A stretch of DNA of 64,000 bases from Gammaproteobacteria bacterium (GCA_030431775.1 JAUIHW010000001.1:70900-134899), one strand, 5' to 3'; numbered from the stretch's first letter, positions 45,947-56,420 are shown. Numbers and translations are program-made. The notes: a model not told the origin generated them from the letters alone.

Positions 45947-45997
45947 TTAACAACTGATTAACAACTTCACACAAATTAATACATAAGATAAGCGAGG
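45947..45997 (+). promoter_or_regulatory. three helically phased TTAAC(A/G)AC direct repeats, candidate OmpR-family response-regulator binding site
   Basis: The copies are TTAACAAC at 45947-45954 and 45958-45965 (11-bp period) and TTAACGAC at 45990-45997 (32 bp further on). They sit in the divergent RR/TonB-receptor intergenic region, 62-112 nt upstream of the receptor ATG. Confidence 0.35.
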
Positions 45998-46058
45998 CGT
46001 TAACGACTATTGCTCTACCATGGCGGCGCCATTCTAAAAACACCAGCGGAGATCAATC

Positions 46059-48989
46059 ATGTTCGTTCCCAAAAGGTACTCAGCTATTCACCTGTCGGTA
46101 GTCGCTGCACTGTCCACCATATCCCCTGTACTGAGTGCTCAGCAGGCAACCGATGGTACTGAACCCACATTAGAAGAAGTGATTGTCGTAGGATCGCAGA
46201 TTCGTGGCGCCAATATAGAAGGGACACTTCCGGTAACTGTAATGACGGCCGACGACATTGTTGCATCTGGAGCTGTTTCCGGAGATGAGCTTCTACGCTC
46301 CATCCCTCAAATAGGTGCGGTCGGATTTAATGAGTCGGTTACAACCGGTGTTAACGCTGCGCGTGGCGATGTGAACTCCATTAATCTCCGCGGTTTGGGC
46401 ACGGGGAATACGCTGGTTTTGCTGAATGGTCGGCGCATGGTTTTGCACCCTGGCACACAGACAGAAAACTTTATTCCGGTAGTTACCACCAATTCAAATA
46501 CCCTGCCAGTTGCCGGTCTCGAGAGGGTAGAAGTCCTTCGCGACGGTGCCGCGGCATTGTATGGAACAGATGCTGTTGCCGGAGTAATCAATTATGTAAT
46601 GAAGGACGACTATGAAGGGGGCGAGTTGAATTTTCGCTATGGAAGCTCAGTTGGTACAGACCTGGATGAAATTACGGTCAGCGGTGCCAAGAGTTTCAGG
46701 TTCAACGAAGGAAGAACTTATCTAACGTTGATGGGTTCTGTATATGATCGGTCGTCGATGGATGCTTCCGATCGGGATTATTCAAAAAACTCCGACCTTC
46801 GAGGTTTTTTTGATGGGGATCCTCTTTTTGAAGGTGACACCAGTCTGGATAATCGTTCCAGCATTCATGGTTGGGGAGAGTTCATTTTTGAGGGCGTTGG
46901 ACGCCAGCATGTAAGGCCGACTGATCTTTTAAGGGATAACGGCGATACGCTGGATGTTGGCGATTGCAGTTACGAGTTGACGACAGACCTTTGTCTTGAC
47001 CCGGGTGGCGGGGACCGCGCTTTGCGAGGAAATCGAAATGCAACTCGTCAGGTGTCCCCGGATAGCAAGCGCTATAACTTTTTCGCATTCCTCAATCATG
47101 AGCTTGACAGCGGGATGGAATTTTACTCCGAAGTCGGCTACTACAAGGCTGAGGTTGAGCGCACCCGGGAAGCTGCGGGCTTATTGTCAAATAGCCGCTT
47201 TGAAGTTCCTGCGGACTATTATTGGAATCCTCTAGGCCCGGTCACATTCGCAGACGGGCGGGTCAACCCCAACAGGATTCCAGCCGCAGGCGATCCAGAA
47301 GTACCCGATGAAGGCCTGGGTTTCACTCTACGGACCATGGCGCCCTATGATGTTGGGCCAAGAATGGTTACCGTAGACGACGACAGCTATCGTATTCTAG
47401 GTGGATTGCGTGGCAACTGGGGTGACTGGGATTGGGACACCGCAGTTCTCTACAGTGAAGCGGAAACCAAGGACCATACTCGCAATCGTGTGAGCCACAC
47501 GCTTTTCCAGCAGTCCCTGATGTTGGATACGGCGGACGCATATAACCTGTTTACCGGTTTGGATACCAATAACCCGTCAGCGCCGTTCGATCCCACACCC
47601 AATCCCGAGGCTGTACTGGATACCTTCCGAATCAACGTGACACGCAAAAGTGAGACCAGTCTTGCGCTCGCGGACTTTAAGCTCTCGAATGCTGAGCTGT
47701 TCACTCTGCCTGCCGGGGAAGTAGGTGCTGCCTTCGGGATCGAGTGGCGCGAAGAGGATTTCACAGAAGATCGTGATCCGCGCTCTGACGGAACCATCCA
47801 GTTTACTGATCAGGTAACGGGTGATTTGCAGAATGTCAGCGACATAATGGGCAGCAGCGCATCGCCAGATGCGTCCGGTTCCAGACGAGTGACCTCATTG
47901 TTTGCTGAGTTTATTGTTCCACTGCTCAATGAGGTGCCTGGAGCCAAAAGCCTCGACATGCAAATAGCGGCTCGCTATGAGAACTTCTCTGATGTGGGAA
48001 ATGTGACAAAGCCGAAGTTCGCTCTGTCCTGGTATCCAGTTGACTGGCTGCAGTTTCGAGGCGCATTCTCCAAGGGGTTCAGAGCCCCGAACCTGCTGCA
48101 GCTGCACCAGGGGGCAATCTCCGTCGTGAATACCCGCACAGATCCAGTAACCGGCGAGAGCGTGGGCCTGGAAGAACGTCGCCTTGGCAACCGGGATCTT
48201 GAACCGGAAGAAAGTGAAAACACAACCTTCGGTATCGTTCTGACACCCGCTCCCGGTCTGACGTTGACAGCCGACTGGTGGAAGATCGAACAGGAAGGTG
48301 TTATTGGAATTCTTGGCAGCTCGAACGGTTTGCAACTGGACGCTTTGCTTCGTGAGCAGGGCTCTTTCAACCCGAATGTGATTCGCGAAGAGACCACAGA
48401 TGGTTCCATTGGCGAGCCGATATTGTTCAGGGATGTTTACCTCAACCTGGATCCTCGCACGATCGAAGGTTTTGATTTTGGAGTGTATTACAGCTTTGAT
48501 ACAGGCGCCGGTGAGTTTGACCTTAAGCTGAATGGCGCCTATCTGATCGCATTTGATCAGGAGCCTAGCCCAGAGTTGCAATTGCTGATCGATGCGGGGC
48601 GCGCTGCCAGTAACGCCGGCACGCTGATCAAGGAAAATGGAAGGCCTCGCTGGAGAAGCACCGCGTCGCTGCAGTGGAGAAAAGGCCAGTGGGATGCAGG
48701 AATATTCGCCAAATACATTGGTGATGTGGTTGATACCAGCACAAGAGCAGACAGCGATACAGCATCACCAAACACTCCACTGCCCGTTGACAGCTATTTT
48801 ACCATGAGCGCCAATGTCAGCTTTAGAGTTGAAAATTCAGGTATTCTGAATGACACGCGCTTTAGACTGGGTGTCAGGAATATGTTTGATGAAGAGCCAC
48901 CGGTTACCGACGAGCAGTTGGGCTATTTTGGTAGTCTTCACTCGAATCGCGGCCGTTATGTGTATCTGGACATTAGCAAAAAGTTTTAA
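46059..48989 (+). CDS. TonB-dependent outer-membrane receptor (large, 976 aa)
   Basis: It has a signal peptide, a plug domain (LEEVIVVGSQIRG...NLRGLG...LLNGRR) and a barrel ending ...RYVYLDISKKF. Confidence 0.9.
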   Translation: MFVPKRYSAIHLSVVAALSTISPVLSAQQATDGTEPTLEEVIVVGSQIRGANIEGTLPVTVMTADDIVASGAVSGDELLRSIPQIGAVGFNESVTTGVNAARGDVNSINLRGLGTGNTLVLLNGRRMVLHPGTQTENFIPVVTTNSNTLPVAGLERVEVLRDGAAALYGTDAVAGVINYVMKDDYEGGELNFRYGSSVGTDLDEITVSGAKSFRFNEGRTYLTLMGSVYDRSSMDASDRDYSKNSDLRGFFDGDPLFEGDTSLDNRSSIHGWGEFIFEGVGRQHVRPTDLLRDNGDTLDVGDCSYELTTDLCLDPGGGDRALRGNRNATRQVSPDSKRYNFFAFLNHELDSGMEFYSEVGYYKAEVERTREAAGLLSNSRFEVPADYYWNPLGPVTFADGRVNPNRIPAAGDPEVPDEGLGFTLRTMAPYDVGPRMVTVDDDSYRILGGLRGNWGDWDWDTAVLYSEAETKDHTRNRVSHTLFQQSLMLDTADAYNLFTGLDTNNPSAPFDPTPNPEAVLDTFRINVTRKSETSLALADFKLSNAELFTLPAGEVGAAFGIEWREEDFTEDRDPRSDGTIQFTDQVTGDLQNVSDIMGSSASPDASGSRRVTSLFAEFIVPLLNEVPGAKSLDMQIAARYENFSDVGNVTKPKFALSWYPVDWLQFRGAFSKGFRAPNLLQLHQGAISVVNTRTDPVTGESVGLEERRLGNRDLEPEESENTTFGIVLTPAPGLTLTADWWKIEQEGVIGILGSSNGLQLDALLREQGSFNPNVIREETTDGSIGEPILFRDVYLNLDPRTIEGFDFGVYYSFDTGAGEFDLKLNGAYLIAFDQEPSPELQLLIDAGRAASNAGTLIKENGRPRWRSTASLQWRKGQWDAGIFAKYIGDVVDTSTRADSDTASPNTPLPVDSYFTMSANVSFRVENSGILNDTRFRLGVRNMFDEEPPVTDEQLGYFGSLHSNRGRYVYLDISKKF

Positions 48990-48992
48990 GGC

Positions 48993-50744
48993 ATGAACCG
49001 GGCAGTTAGTCTGTGCCTCTTGGCCGCACTGTTAGTTAGCGGTTTGCCAGCCTTGGCCGGCAAACCGCAGCAAAGTGGAACACCAAAGCACAGCATACTT
49101 CGCTACGACACCATTCATCGTCCGCTCGTGGGGGAAGGCGGTATGGTCGTGAGTCAGCGGGCAATTGCCAGCGAGGTGGGCGCCCAAATTCTTCGTCAGG
49201 GGGGTAACGCAATTGATGCAGCCGTTGGCGTGGGTTTTGCTCTGGCAGTTGTGTTGCCGCGCGCGGGTAATATCGGTGGCGGCGGGTTTATGCTCTTGCA
49301 TTTGGCCGACACTCAGCGGACTTTCACTATCGACTATCGTGAAACTGCTCCGCTCGCAGCTAATGAGGACGTGTTTATTGATGGCGAGAGCGGTGACGTG
49401 GATCACCAGGCTCAACGAGCCAGTCACCGCTCGGTGGCTGTTCCTGGAACGGTCGCCGGCCTGCATCACGCCCTCAGTAAATATGGAACCATGTCGCTCG
49501 ATGAAGTCTTGAAACCCGCGATTTTATTAGCGAGAGATGGCTTTTTGATGGATTACGATACATCTTCGGCTATCGCAACCAGGAAGGCGATGCTGAGCCG
49601 TTGGAAGAGCACTGAGGCGCTGTTTTTTGGCAGCAACGGCAAGGCGGTTGAACCGGGAGAACTGTTTGTCCAGCCAGAGTTGGCAAACACGTTGCAAAAG
49701 ATTGCTGAACAAGGGATCGACGCCTTTTATCGTGGCGCTATCGCCCGTTTGATTGTTGACGAAATGCAACGCCACGATGGACTGATTACTCTGCAGGATC
49801 TCGCTTCTTATCGCGTGTTCGAGCGTGAAGCTGTCACAGGCAGCTATCGTGGCTATAAGATAGCCTCGATGCCTCCTCCGAGCTCAGGCGGTATTCACCT
49901 GATTCAGATGCTGAATGTGCTTGAGAACTTCCCAATAAAGAAAATGGGCTTACAATCTGCCAAAACCATGCATTTGCTTGCGGCGACAATGAAGCGGGCT
50001 TATGCCGACCGAAGTAAGCACCTGGGCGATCCGGGTTTTTATCCAGTGCCGCAAGCGTGGCTGACCAGTAAAGAATATGGCAATCAGCTTGCTCAACAAA
50101 TAAAACTGGCAAGTGTGGTGCCTTCGTCTGAGATATATCCCGGTCAAGCGCCTGCTGAGGAAAGCATCGATACCACGCACTATTCTGTGGTGGATCAATG
50201 GGGTAATGCTGTTAGTAACACCTACACACTGAATTTTTCTTTCGGTTCCGGAATTCTGGTGCCCGGTGGGGGGTTCTTGTTGAATAACGAAATGGCAGAT
50301 TTCAGTGCGAAAGCAGGCGTGCCCTATGCTTTTGGTTTACTTGGTGGAGAGGCTAACAGTGTTCAGCCAGGAAAGCGGCCTCTCAGCGCGATGACGCCAA
50401 CCATGGTCTTTAAAGAAGGTAAGCCTATGTTGGTAACGGGAAGTCCTGGCGGTAGCCGGATAATCAGCACAGTGCTGCAACAAATCATTAATGTAGTCGA
50501 TCATGATCTCAATATTGCTGAAGCGACGCACGCCGGGCGAATACATCACCAGTGGTTTCCCGATCAAATAGAAGTTGAGGCATCCGTCAACGCTGACTCC
50601 CTTCGCATTTTAGAGAGCATGGGTTACAAGGTTGTTCCCAGTGGCACGATGGGCAGCCTCCAGTCGATAGTTTGGCGCGATGGCCGTTATTACGGTACTG
50701 CGGACCCGCGCCGGCCGGGAGCTGGTGCTGTCGGACTGAGATGA
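48993..50744 (+). CDS. ggt: gamma-glutamyltransferase, periplasmic (paralogue 1)
   Basis: It has a signal peptide, GGNAIDAAVGVGFALAVVLPRAGNIGGGGF, the autoprocessing and catalytic Thr in DTTHYSVVD, and GSPGGSRII. The start lies 3 nt after the receptor stop. Confidence 0.9.
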   Translation: MNRAVSLCLLAALLVSGLPALAGKPQQSGTPKHSILRYDTIHRPLVGEGGMVVSQRAIASEVGAQILRQGGNAIDAAVGVGFALAVVLPRAGNIGGGGFMLLHLADTQRTFTIDYRETAPLAANEDVFIDGESGDVDHQAQRASHRSVAVPGTVAGLHHALSKYGTMSLDEVLKPAILLARDGFLMDYDTSSAIATRKAMLSRWKSTEALFFGSNGKAVEPGELFVQPELANTLQKIAEQGIDAFYRGAIARLIVDEMQRHDGLITLQDLASYRVFEREAVTGSYRGYKIASMPPPSSGGIHLIQMLNVLENFPIKKMGLQSAKTMHLLAATMKRAYADRSKHLGDPGFYPVPQAWLTSKEYGNQLAQQIKLASVVPSSEIYPGQAPAEESIDTTHYSVVDQWGNAVSNTYTLNFSFGSGILVPGGGFLLNNEMADFSAKAGVPYAFGLLGGEANSVQPGKRPLSAMTPTMVFKEGKPMLVTGSPGGSRIISTVLQQIINVVDHDLNIAEATHAGRIHHQWFPDQIEVEASVNADSLRILESMGYKVVPSGTMGSLQSIVWRDGRYYGTADPRRPGAGAVGLR

Positions 50745-52510
50745 TGCACATGACAATACACACTAACAGGGCATTTCCTATTGTCTTGGTAATAGCGCTG
50801 TCGATGCTGTTACAGGCTTGCCAGCTTAGCCCTTCCGAACCCGGTAAAAGTCCGGCACCTACAACAAACGACGCAATATTGCGCTATGACTCAGTACATC
50901 ATCCTGTAATCGCGCAATATGGCATGGTGGTAAGCCAGAACGCACTGGCCACCAGGGTTGGGCAAGACATTTTACGCGGCGGTGGTAATGCCGTGGACGC
51001 CGCAGTGGCGGTGGGGTTCGCGTTGGCTGTTACTTTACCGCGTGCCGGGAATCTTGGTGGCAGTGGCTTCATGCTGATTCATCTCGACGGGGAGGAGACT
51101 CCGGTTGCACTGGACTTTCGCTCAGTGGCCCCTCGCGCAGCACATTTGAATGATTTTATTGACAGCGAAGGTGATATCGACTGGGATTCAATGACCTTTG
51201 GGCCAAAGGCAGCTGGAGTGCCTGGGACCGTCGCCGGATTGCACTATGCTTGGCAACACTTTGGTTCGCTGCCCTGGCCACAACTGCTTGAGCCGGCCCG
51301 GCAACTGGCCGCAAATGGCATAAAGGTAAGCAATGATTTAGCCTTCGCTCTGGGCTCGGCGATGCCGGTTATGTCGCAATACCCATCCAGTCTGCGAGCC
51401 TATTCGAAAGGGAATGACCAAGTATATGCTCCGGGCGACAAGTTGGTACAGGCGGATCTTGCGCATTCAATTGCAATGTTAGCAGAGCATGGGGCAGATG
51501 CTTTTTATCGCGGTGAAATTGCCGGCAGGATTGATAAATTCATGCGCGAGGAAGGAGGTTACATCCGCAGGGAAGACCTTGCCGACTATCGAGTGCGGGT
51601 AAGACCCGCTATAGAGACAGAGTATCGTGGCTATCGTGTTGTAACTATGCCCCCTTCCAGTACCGGTGGGCTGGCGTTACTGCAGATGCTCAATGTGCTG
51701 CAGAACTTTGATCTGGCTCAGTACCCTGCAGGTAGCGCTGACAGCCTGCATTTGCTAGCCGAAACCATGAAGCTGGTTGCGGCGAATCGACGCATCAATA
51801 TCGGTGACCCTGATTTTGTCGACGTACCAACACTTGGAATGTTGAGCAGAGCAATGGCTGCAAACATAGCTTCTGAGATAAGCATGAGTCGAGCCCGGCC
51901 TGTAAAAACGATCCAGCCGATGGATGCCAACAAATACGAAAGCCGCGAGACTACGCACTATTCGATTGTAGATGGGAATGGCAATGCAGTGTCGACGACC
52001 TACACCCTGGGTTACTCGTTTGGATCTGGAGTGGTAGTGCCGGGTACTGGTATTTTATTGGACAATCAGTTGCGTAATTTTTCGCACAGACAGCAAGGCC
52101 ATGCCAATGCAATGAAACCCGGTAAACGCATGCTCTCGACCATGACCCCTACCATGGTTTTCGACCCAACCGGAGCCCTCACTATTGTGACCGGTACACC
52201 CGGTGGCAGCCGGATCCACAATGTAATCTTGCAGCTGTTGGTCAATGTGATCGATTACGATATGAATATAGCTGAAGCCAGCAACAGGCCGCGTATTCAT
52301 CAACAATGGCGCACACCTCAACTTGGTGTGGAGCGCGGTATTGGCGTGGACACCATTCAGCTCTTAGAAAACAGAGGGCATATTGTACAGCGCCAGCAGA
52401 CCATGGGAAGCACCCAGTCTATCGTCCGCCAAGGTGGCTATTTGTTCGGCGCGGCGGATCCCAGGCGACCGGATGCGCTTGCACTTGGAGTTAATGAGGC
52501 AGTGCCTTAA
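50741..52510 (+). CDS. ggt: gamma-glutamyltransferase, lipoprotein (paralogue 2)
   Basis: The ATG overlaps the preceding stop (ATGA). It has a lipobox (LLQAC), GGNAVDAAVAVGFALAVTLPRAGNLGGSGF, ETTHYSIVD and GTPGGSRIH. The track start 50672 adds a non-coding-like leader. Confidence 0.9.
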   Translation: MMHMTIHTNRAFPIVLVIALSMLLQACQLSPSEPGKSPAPTTNDAILRYDSVHHPVIAQYGMVVSQNALATRVGQDILRGGGNAVDAAVAVGFALAVTLPRAGNLGGSGFMLIHLDGEETPVALDFRSVAPRAAHLNDFIDSEGDIDWDSMTFGPKAAGVPGTVAGLHYAWQHFGSLPWPQLLEPARQLAANGIKVSNDLAFALGSAMPVMSQYPSSLRAYSKGNDQVYAPGDKLVQADLAHSIAMLAEHGADAFYRGEIAGRIDKFMREEGGYIRREDLADYRVRVRPAIETEYRGYRVVTMPPSSTGGLALLQMLNVLQNFDLAQYPAGSADSLHLLAETMKLVAANRRINIGDPDFVDVPTLGMLSRAMAANIASEISMSRARPVKTIQPMDANKYESRETTHYSIVDGNGNAVSTTYTLGYSFGSGVVVPGTGILLDNQLRNFSHRQQGHANAMKPGKRMLSTMTPTMVFDPTGALTIVTGTPGGSRIHNVILQLLVNVIDYDMNIAEASNRPRIHQQWRTPQLGVERGIGVDTIQLLENRGHIVQRQQTMGSTQSIVRQGGYLFGAADPRRPDALALGVNEAVP

Positions 52511-52535
52511 ACCACGGTTATCGGTTAGGCTGTTG

Positions 52536-53555
52536 CTACTGGGTTTTGTTGGATTTCTTGCGCTGCTTCGGGTGTAATGATTTCCCCAGAATATGCTCGC
52601 TGCGACCAATCACATGCCCACTGTGGCCTACAATCAGGGGGTCCGGGCCCTTGTCAATGCGGCTGTCTTTGCCGGCGTAGGGCAGGCTTGCCAGAAAGTG
52701 CTGCATGGTGTTCAGGCGTGCGCGCTTTTTGTCATCAGACTTGATGATTGTCCAGGGTGCATCCGCAGTATCCGTATAGAAAAACATGGCTTCCTTGGCC
52801 TCTGTGTAGTCTTCCCATTTGTCCAGCGAGGCCAGATCAATGGGTGAGAGCTTCCACTGTTTCAGAGGGTCTTGCTTACGCGATTCGAAGCGGCGGCGTT
52901 GCTCTTCACGGGTTACTGAAAACCAGTATTTGTACAGACGAATTCCGGAACGAACCAGCATCTGTTCCACATCCGGGCATTGGCGCATGAATTCCAGATA
53001 GTCGACCGGCGAACAGAAATCCATGACCCGCTCTACACCGGCGCGGTTGTACCAGGAGCGGTCGAATAGCACTATTTCCCCGGCAGACGGCAAATGCTTG
53101 ATATAGCGTTGGAAATACCATTGCGTGCTTTCCGACTCGGAGGGTTTTTCCAAGGCGACCACGTGCGCGCCGCGTGGATTCAGGTGCTCCATAAAGCGCT
53201 TGATGGTTCCGCCCTTGCCGGCAGCATCACGCCCTTCGAACAGGATCACAATCTTTTGTCCGGTTTCCTTAACCCATTTTTGCATTTTCAGCAGCTCGGC
53301 CTGCAGGTACGCCTTTTCCTTTTCGTAAGCAGCGCGCCGCATGGGAGTGCGGTAGGGGTAGATACCGGTTTCGAATGAGCGTCGAATCGCCTCAGGATTA
53401 TGGCGCATCTCAGCGAGTTCATGAGTGGTGTGTGCACCGCTTGGCCTGTCAGGGGCTGAATTTTGGCCATTGCTCTGCGAGGCCTTCGAATTTCCGGTTG
53501 CGCGGGGCGGCAACTCGGCAGATTGCTCAGTGATTTCCTGTTGCTCTTCTTTCAT
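52536..53555 (-). CDS. ppk2: polyphosphate kinase 2
   Basis: It has FEGRDAAGKGGTIKR (Walker A of PPK2), FDRSWYNRAGVE, and a low-complexity N-terminal extension of about 60 aa. Confidence 0.9.
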   Translation of the reverse strand: MKEEQQEITEQSAELPPRATGNSKASQSNGQNSAPDRPSGAHTTHELAEMRHNPEAIRRSFETGIYPYRTPMRRAAYEKEKAYLQAELLKMQKWVKETGQKIVILFEGRDAAGKGGTIKRFMEHLNPRGAHVVALEKPSESESTQWYFQRYIKHLPSAGEIVLFDRSWYNRAGVERVMDFCSPVDYLEFMRQCPDVEQMLVRSGIRLYKYWFSVTREEQRRRFESRKQDPLKQWKLSPIDLASLDKWEDYTEAKEAMFFYTDTADAPWTIIKSDDKKRARLNTMQHFLASLPYAGKDSRIDKGPDPLIVGHSGHVIGRSEHILGKSLHPKQRKKSNKTQ

Positions 53556-53852
53556 AGATGACCCCGATGCGAATGTTGTTTAGCTCTATTAATATTAGTA
53601 ATTATCGGTCGGGCTAAGCTGACATTGTTTGCGCCAGATCAAAGCAGCAACAATTCCAATGGGTTACATCCGTTTTCATCCAGTTTGCCACCTTGCGGAT
53701 GCCGTAATTCAACAATGCTGTGTCGTAAACACAGAGTGTCACAGGCTTGGGGCTGGTTACACTGCGAGGCTAGATGGCATAGTAGCGTTTTCGCGCCGGC
53801 TATTGAGCAACACCGAAACCGGGTGTACAGAGCCGCATGGAGTTTATGAGTA

Positions 53853-56420
53853 ATGGCTAAGTTTCCTAAACGGGCAAAAGTGGTAATCATCGGTCAAGGG
53901 GGCATAGTGGGGGCCTCGGTCGCCCACCACCTGATTGAGCGCGGGTGGAGCGATATTGTAGGCATTGACAAATCGGCGATACCCACAGATATCGGGTCCA
54001 CTGCTCACGCATCGGATTTTTGCTTTAACACTATGCATGATCAGATGACCATCCACACCACCAAATACAGCATCGACTTCTTTGAGAAGATGGGTCGCTA
54101 CGAACGTATCGGTGGGATAGAGGTGGCCAGAGTAGGTGATGATGAGCGCCTGGCCGAGTTGCAGCGCCGGGTATCATCCGGCAAAGCCTTTGGAAATCGC
54201 GTACAGATGATCAGTGCTCGGGAAGCAAAAGAAAAGCTTCCATTGCTCGAAGAAAGCCTGGTGCAGGCAGCACTGTGGGATCCGGATGCCGGTCTGGTGG
54301 TGCCCCGTTCGCAGACTGTTGCCGGCGAATTGGTGGAACAGGCTGTGGTTAGCGGTAAGTTGCAGGCTTTCGCGAACACCGCCTGCACCGGTCTGGTCAT
54401 CGACGACGGGCGTATTCGTGCGGTAGAGACCACTCGGGGCACTATTGAAGCAGAAAAGGTGGTGGTGTGCGCGGGCCTTTGGGGCCGTCTGATTGCCGAG
54501 ATGGCGGGCGAGGATCTGCCCATTATGCCGGTGGACCACCCACTAACCTTCTTCAAACCCTTCGATGAATTTGCCGGCACCAAAAAAGAAATCGGTTACC
54601 CGTTATTGCGTGACCAGGGCAACTCGGCTTACCTGCGTGACACTGGTGATCCGACTACCTCTGAAGGCGGTGCGTTAGAGTGGGGTTACTACGAAGAGAG
54701 CAATCCGCGAATGTGCCACCCGCGCGACATTCTGGAAAAGGAGCAGGCCAGGTTGTCGCCCTCACAGCGCGACCTGGAGCTGGAGCAGATCATAGACCCG
54801 CTGGAACGGGCTATGGAACTGACGCCCATCCTGGCCGAGATGGGTTATGACGAGAAATATTCTTTCAATGGTTTGCTGCAGGTTACCGCGGACGGGGGGC
54901 CGTCTATTGGTGAGTCGGGCAATGTCCGCGGTCTGTGGTACGTGGAGTCGGTGTGGGTCAAAGACGGGCCCGGCACCGGCAAAATAGTTGCCGACTGGAT
55001 GACCGACGGGGTCACGGAGTTTGACCACGCAGGCATTGATGTGGCGCGTTTTTACCCTTTCCAGCAGAACGAGCAATACATTCATGACCGCTGCTACGAA
55101 TCGGCTTTCAAAATTTACAACCCGCCGGTTCACAACCGTGAGCCTTATACGGCCGCACGGAACCTGCGGCGCAGCCCTTTTTGGGAGCGGGAAAAAGAAC
55201 TGGGCGGCTACTTTATGGAAGCGGCCGGCTGGGAGAGGGCGCACGGTTACGCCAGTAATGAGCACTTGCTGGACGAATACGCAGACCGTGTGCCGGTGCG
55301 CGAGCACGAATGGGACAATCGCCACTTCTGGCGTGTGTCCAATGCCGAACACCTGAAAATGTCGGACGACGTTGGCATGGTGAACCTGTGCCACTTCGCT
55401 ATTTACGATGTGCACGGAGAAGGCGCCGCTGAGTTTATGGAATACACCTGCGTGGCTAAAGTGGCGGGCGATACCCCCGTGGGTAAGGGTGTGTATACGC
55501 ATTTCCTGGACCAACGTGGCGGTGTGCGGGCCGACCTGGTGGTGTTACGCCTGGGCGAGAATCACTTCCGTGTGATCGATGGCGGTGACGCTGGCAATCG
55601 TGATTTCGTCTGGATGAAGCGTCTGGCTGAAGATCAGGGCTTTGGCCAGGTAACCATTGAAGACCGCTGTACTGACTTTGGCTGCATTGGTTTGTGGGGA
55701 CCTAACGCACGTACTACGTTGCAGAAAGTCGTGGACGACCCAGCCGCCGTCAGCAACGACAGCTTTCCGTTCGCGGCGGTCAGGGACATTGTGGTCAACG
55801 GGGTCGCTGTCACGGCCTTCCGCATTTCCTACGTGGGCGAGCAGGGCTGGGAGCTGCACTTCAATTTGCAGGACGGCCTCGCCGTGTGGGATGCCCTGTA
55901 CGCCCAGGGCGTGACCCCGGTCGGTGTGGAAACTTATGCCAACAGCCGCCGCCTGGAAAAAAGTCTGCGCCTGCAAAACGCCGACTTGTTGACGGAATAC
56001 AACCTGGTCGAAGCCGGGTTGGAGCGCAAATCAGTGAAAGCTGCCGATTTTCATGGCAAAGAGGCCTATCTCGCTATTCGGGAACGCGATCAGCAGCCTG
56101 CTTACTTGTGTACCCTGAGCATGCTTGAAAACACAGACTCGCAGGGCGTGGCCCGTTACCCGGTTGGCATTTGTCCCATTATTGACCCTGCCAGTGGCGA
56201 AACCCTGATCGACTCCGCGGGTCGGCGTTCCTACACCACCAGCATTGCCTACGGCCCCAGCGTTGGCAAAAACATTGCCCTCGGCTACCTGCCGCTTGAG
56301 TATTGTGAAGTTGGCCGTGAGCTGCAGATAGAGTACTTCAACGAACCGTACCCGGTGGTTGTGGAGGCGGTGGGTTGCGTGGGCCTTTACGACCCGGACA
56401 ATCTAAAGCCGAAAAGCTAG
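53853..56420 (+). CDS. FAD-dependent amine oxidoreductase fused to GcvT-like folate-binding domain (dimethylglycine/sarcosine-dehydrogenase-like)
   Basis: It has VVIIGQGGIVGASVAHHL (a DAO domain). The C-terminal about 400 aa has aminomethyltransferase-like blocks (ISYVGEQGWELH, ...RLEK). Confidence 0.85.
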   Translation: MAKFPKRAKVVIIGQGGIVGASVAHHLIERGWSDIVGIDKSAIPTDIGSTAHASDFCFNTMHDQMTIHTTKYSIDFFEKMGRYERIGGIEVARVGDDERLAELQRRVSSGKAFGNRVQMISAREAKEKLPLLEESLVQAALWDPDAGLVVPRSQTVAGELVEQAVVSGKLQAFANTACTGLVIDDGRIRAVETTRGTIEAEKVVVCAGLWGRLIAEMAGEDLPIMPVDHPLTFFKPFDEFAGTKKEIGYPLLRDQGNSAYLRDTGDPTTSEGGALEWGYYEESNPRMCHPRDILEKEQARLSPSQRDLELEQIIDPLERAMELTPILAEMGYDEKYSFNGLLQVTADGGPSIGESGNVRGLWYVESVWVKDGPGTGKIVADWMTDGVTEFDHAGIDVARFYPFQQNEQYIHDRCYESAFKIYNPPVHNREPYTAARNLRRSPFWEREKELGGYFMEAAGWERAHGYASNEHLLDEYADRVPVREHEWDNRHFWRVSNAEHLKMSDDVGMVNLCHFAIYDVHGEGAAEFMEYTCVAKVAGDTPVGKGVYTHFLDQRGGVRADLVVLRLGENHFRVIDGGDAGNRDFVWMKRLAEDQGFGQVTIEDRCTDFGCIGLWGPNARTTLQKVVDDPAAVSNDSFPFAAVRDIVVNGVAVTAFRISYVGEQGWELHFNLQDGLAVWDALYAQGVTPVGVETYANSRRLEKSLRLQNADLLTEYNLVEAGLERKSVKAADFHGKEAYLAIRERDQQPAYLCTLSMLENTDSQGVARYPVGICPIIDPASGETLIDSAGRRSYTTSIAYGPSVGKNIALGYLPLEYCEVGRELQIEYFNEPYPVVVEAVGCVGLYDPDNLKPKS

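Noticed and set aside
53556-53852. A 297-nt leader upstream of the DMGDH-like gene, checked for a glycine or THF riboswitch (CACCGAAACCGGGTG).
   Set aside because: Only the CACCGAA heptamer resembles the glycine-riboswitch core. The flanking GGAGAG and GGGGCAA elements are absent. It needs cmscan before any claim.
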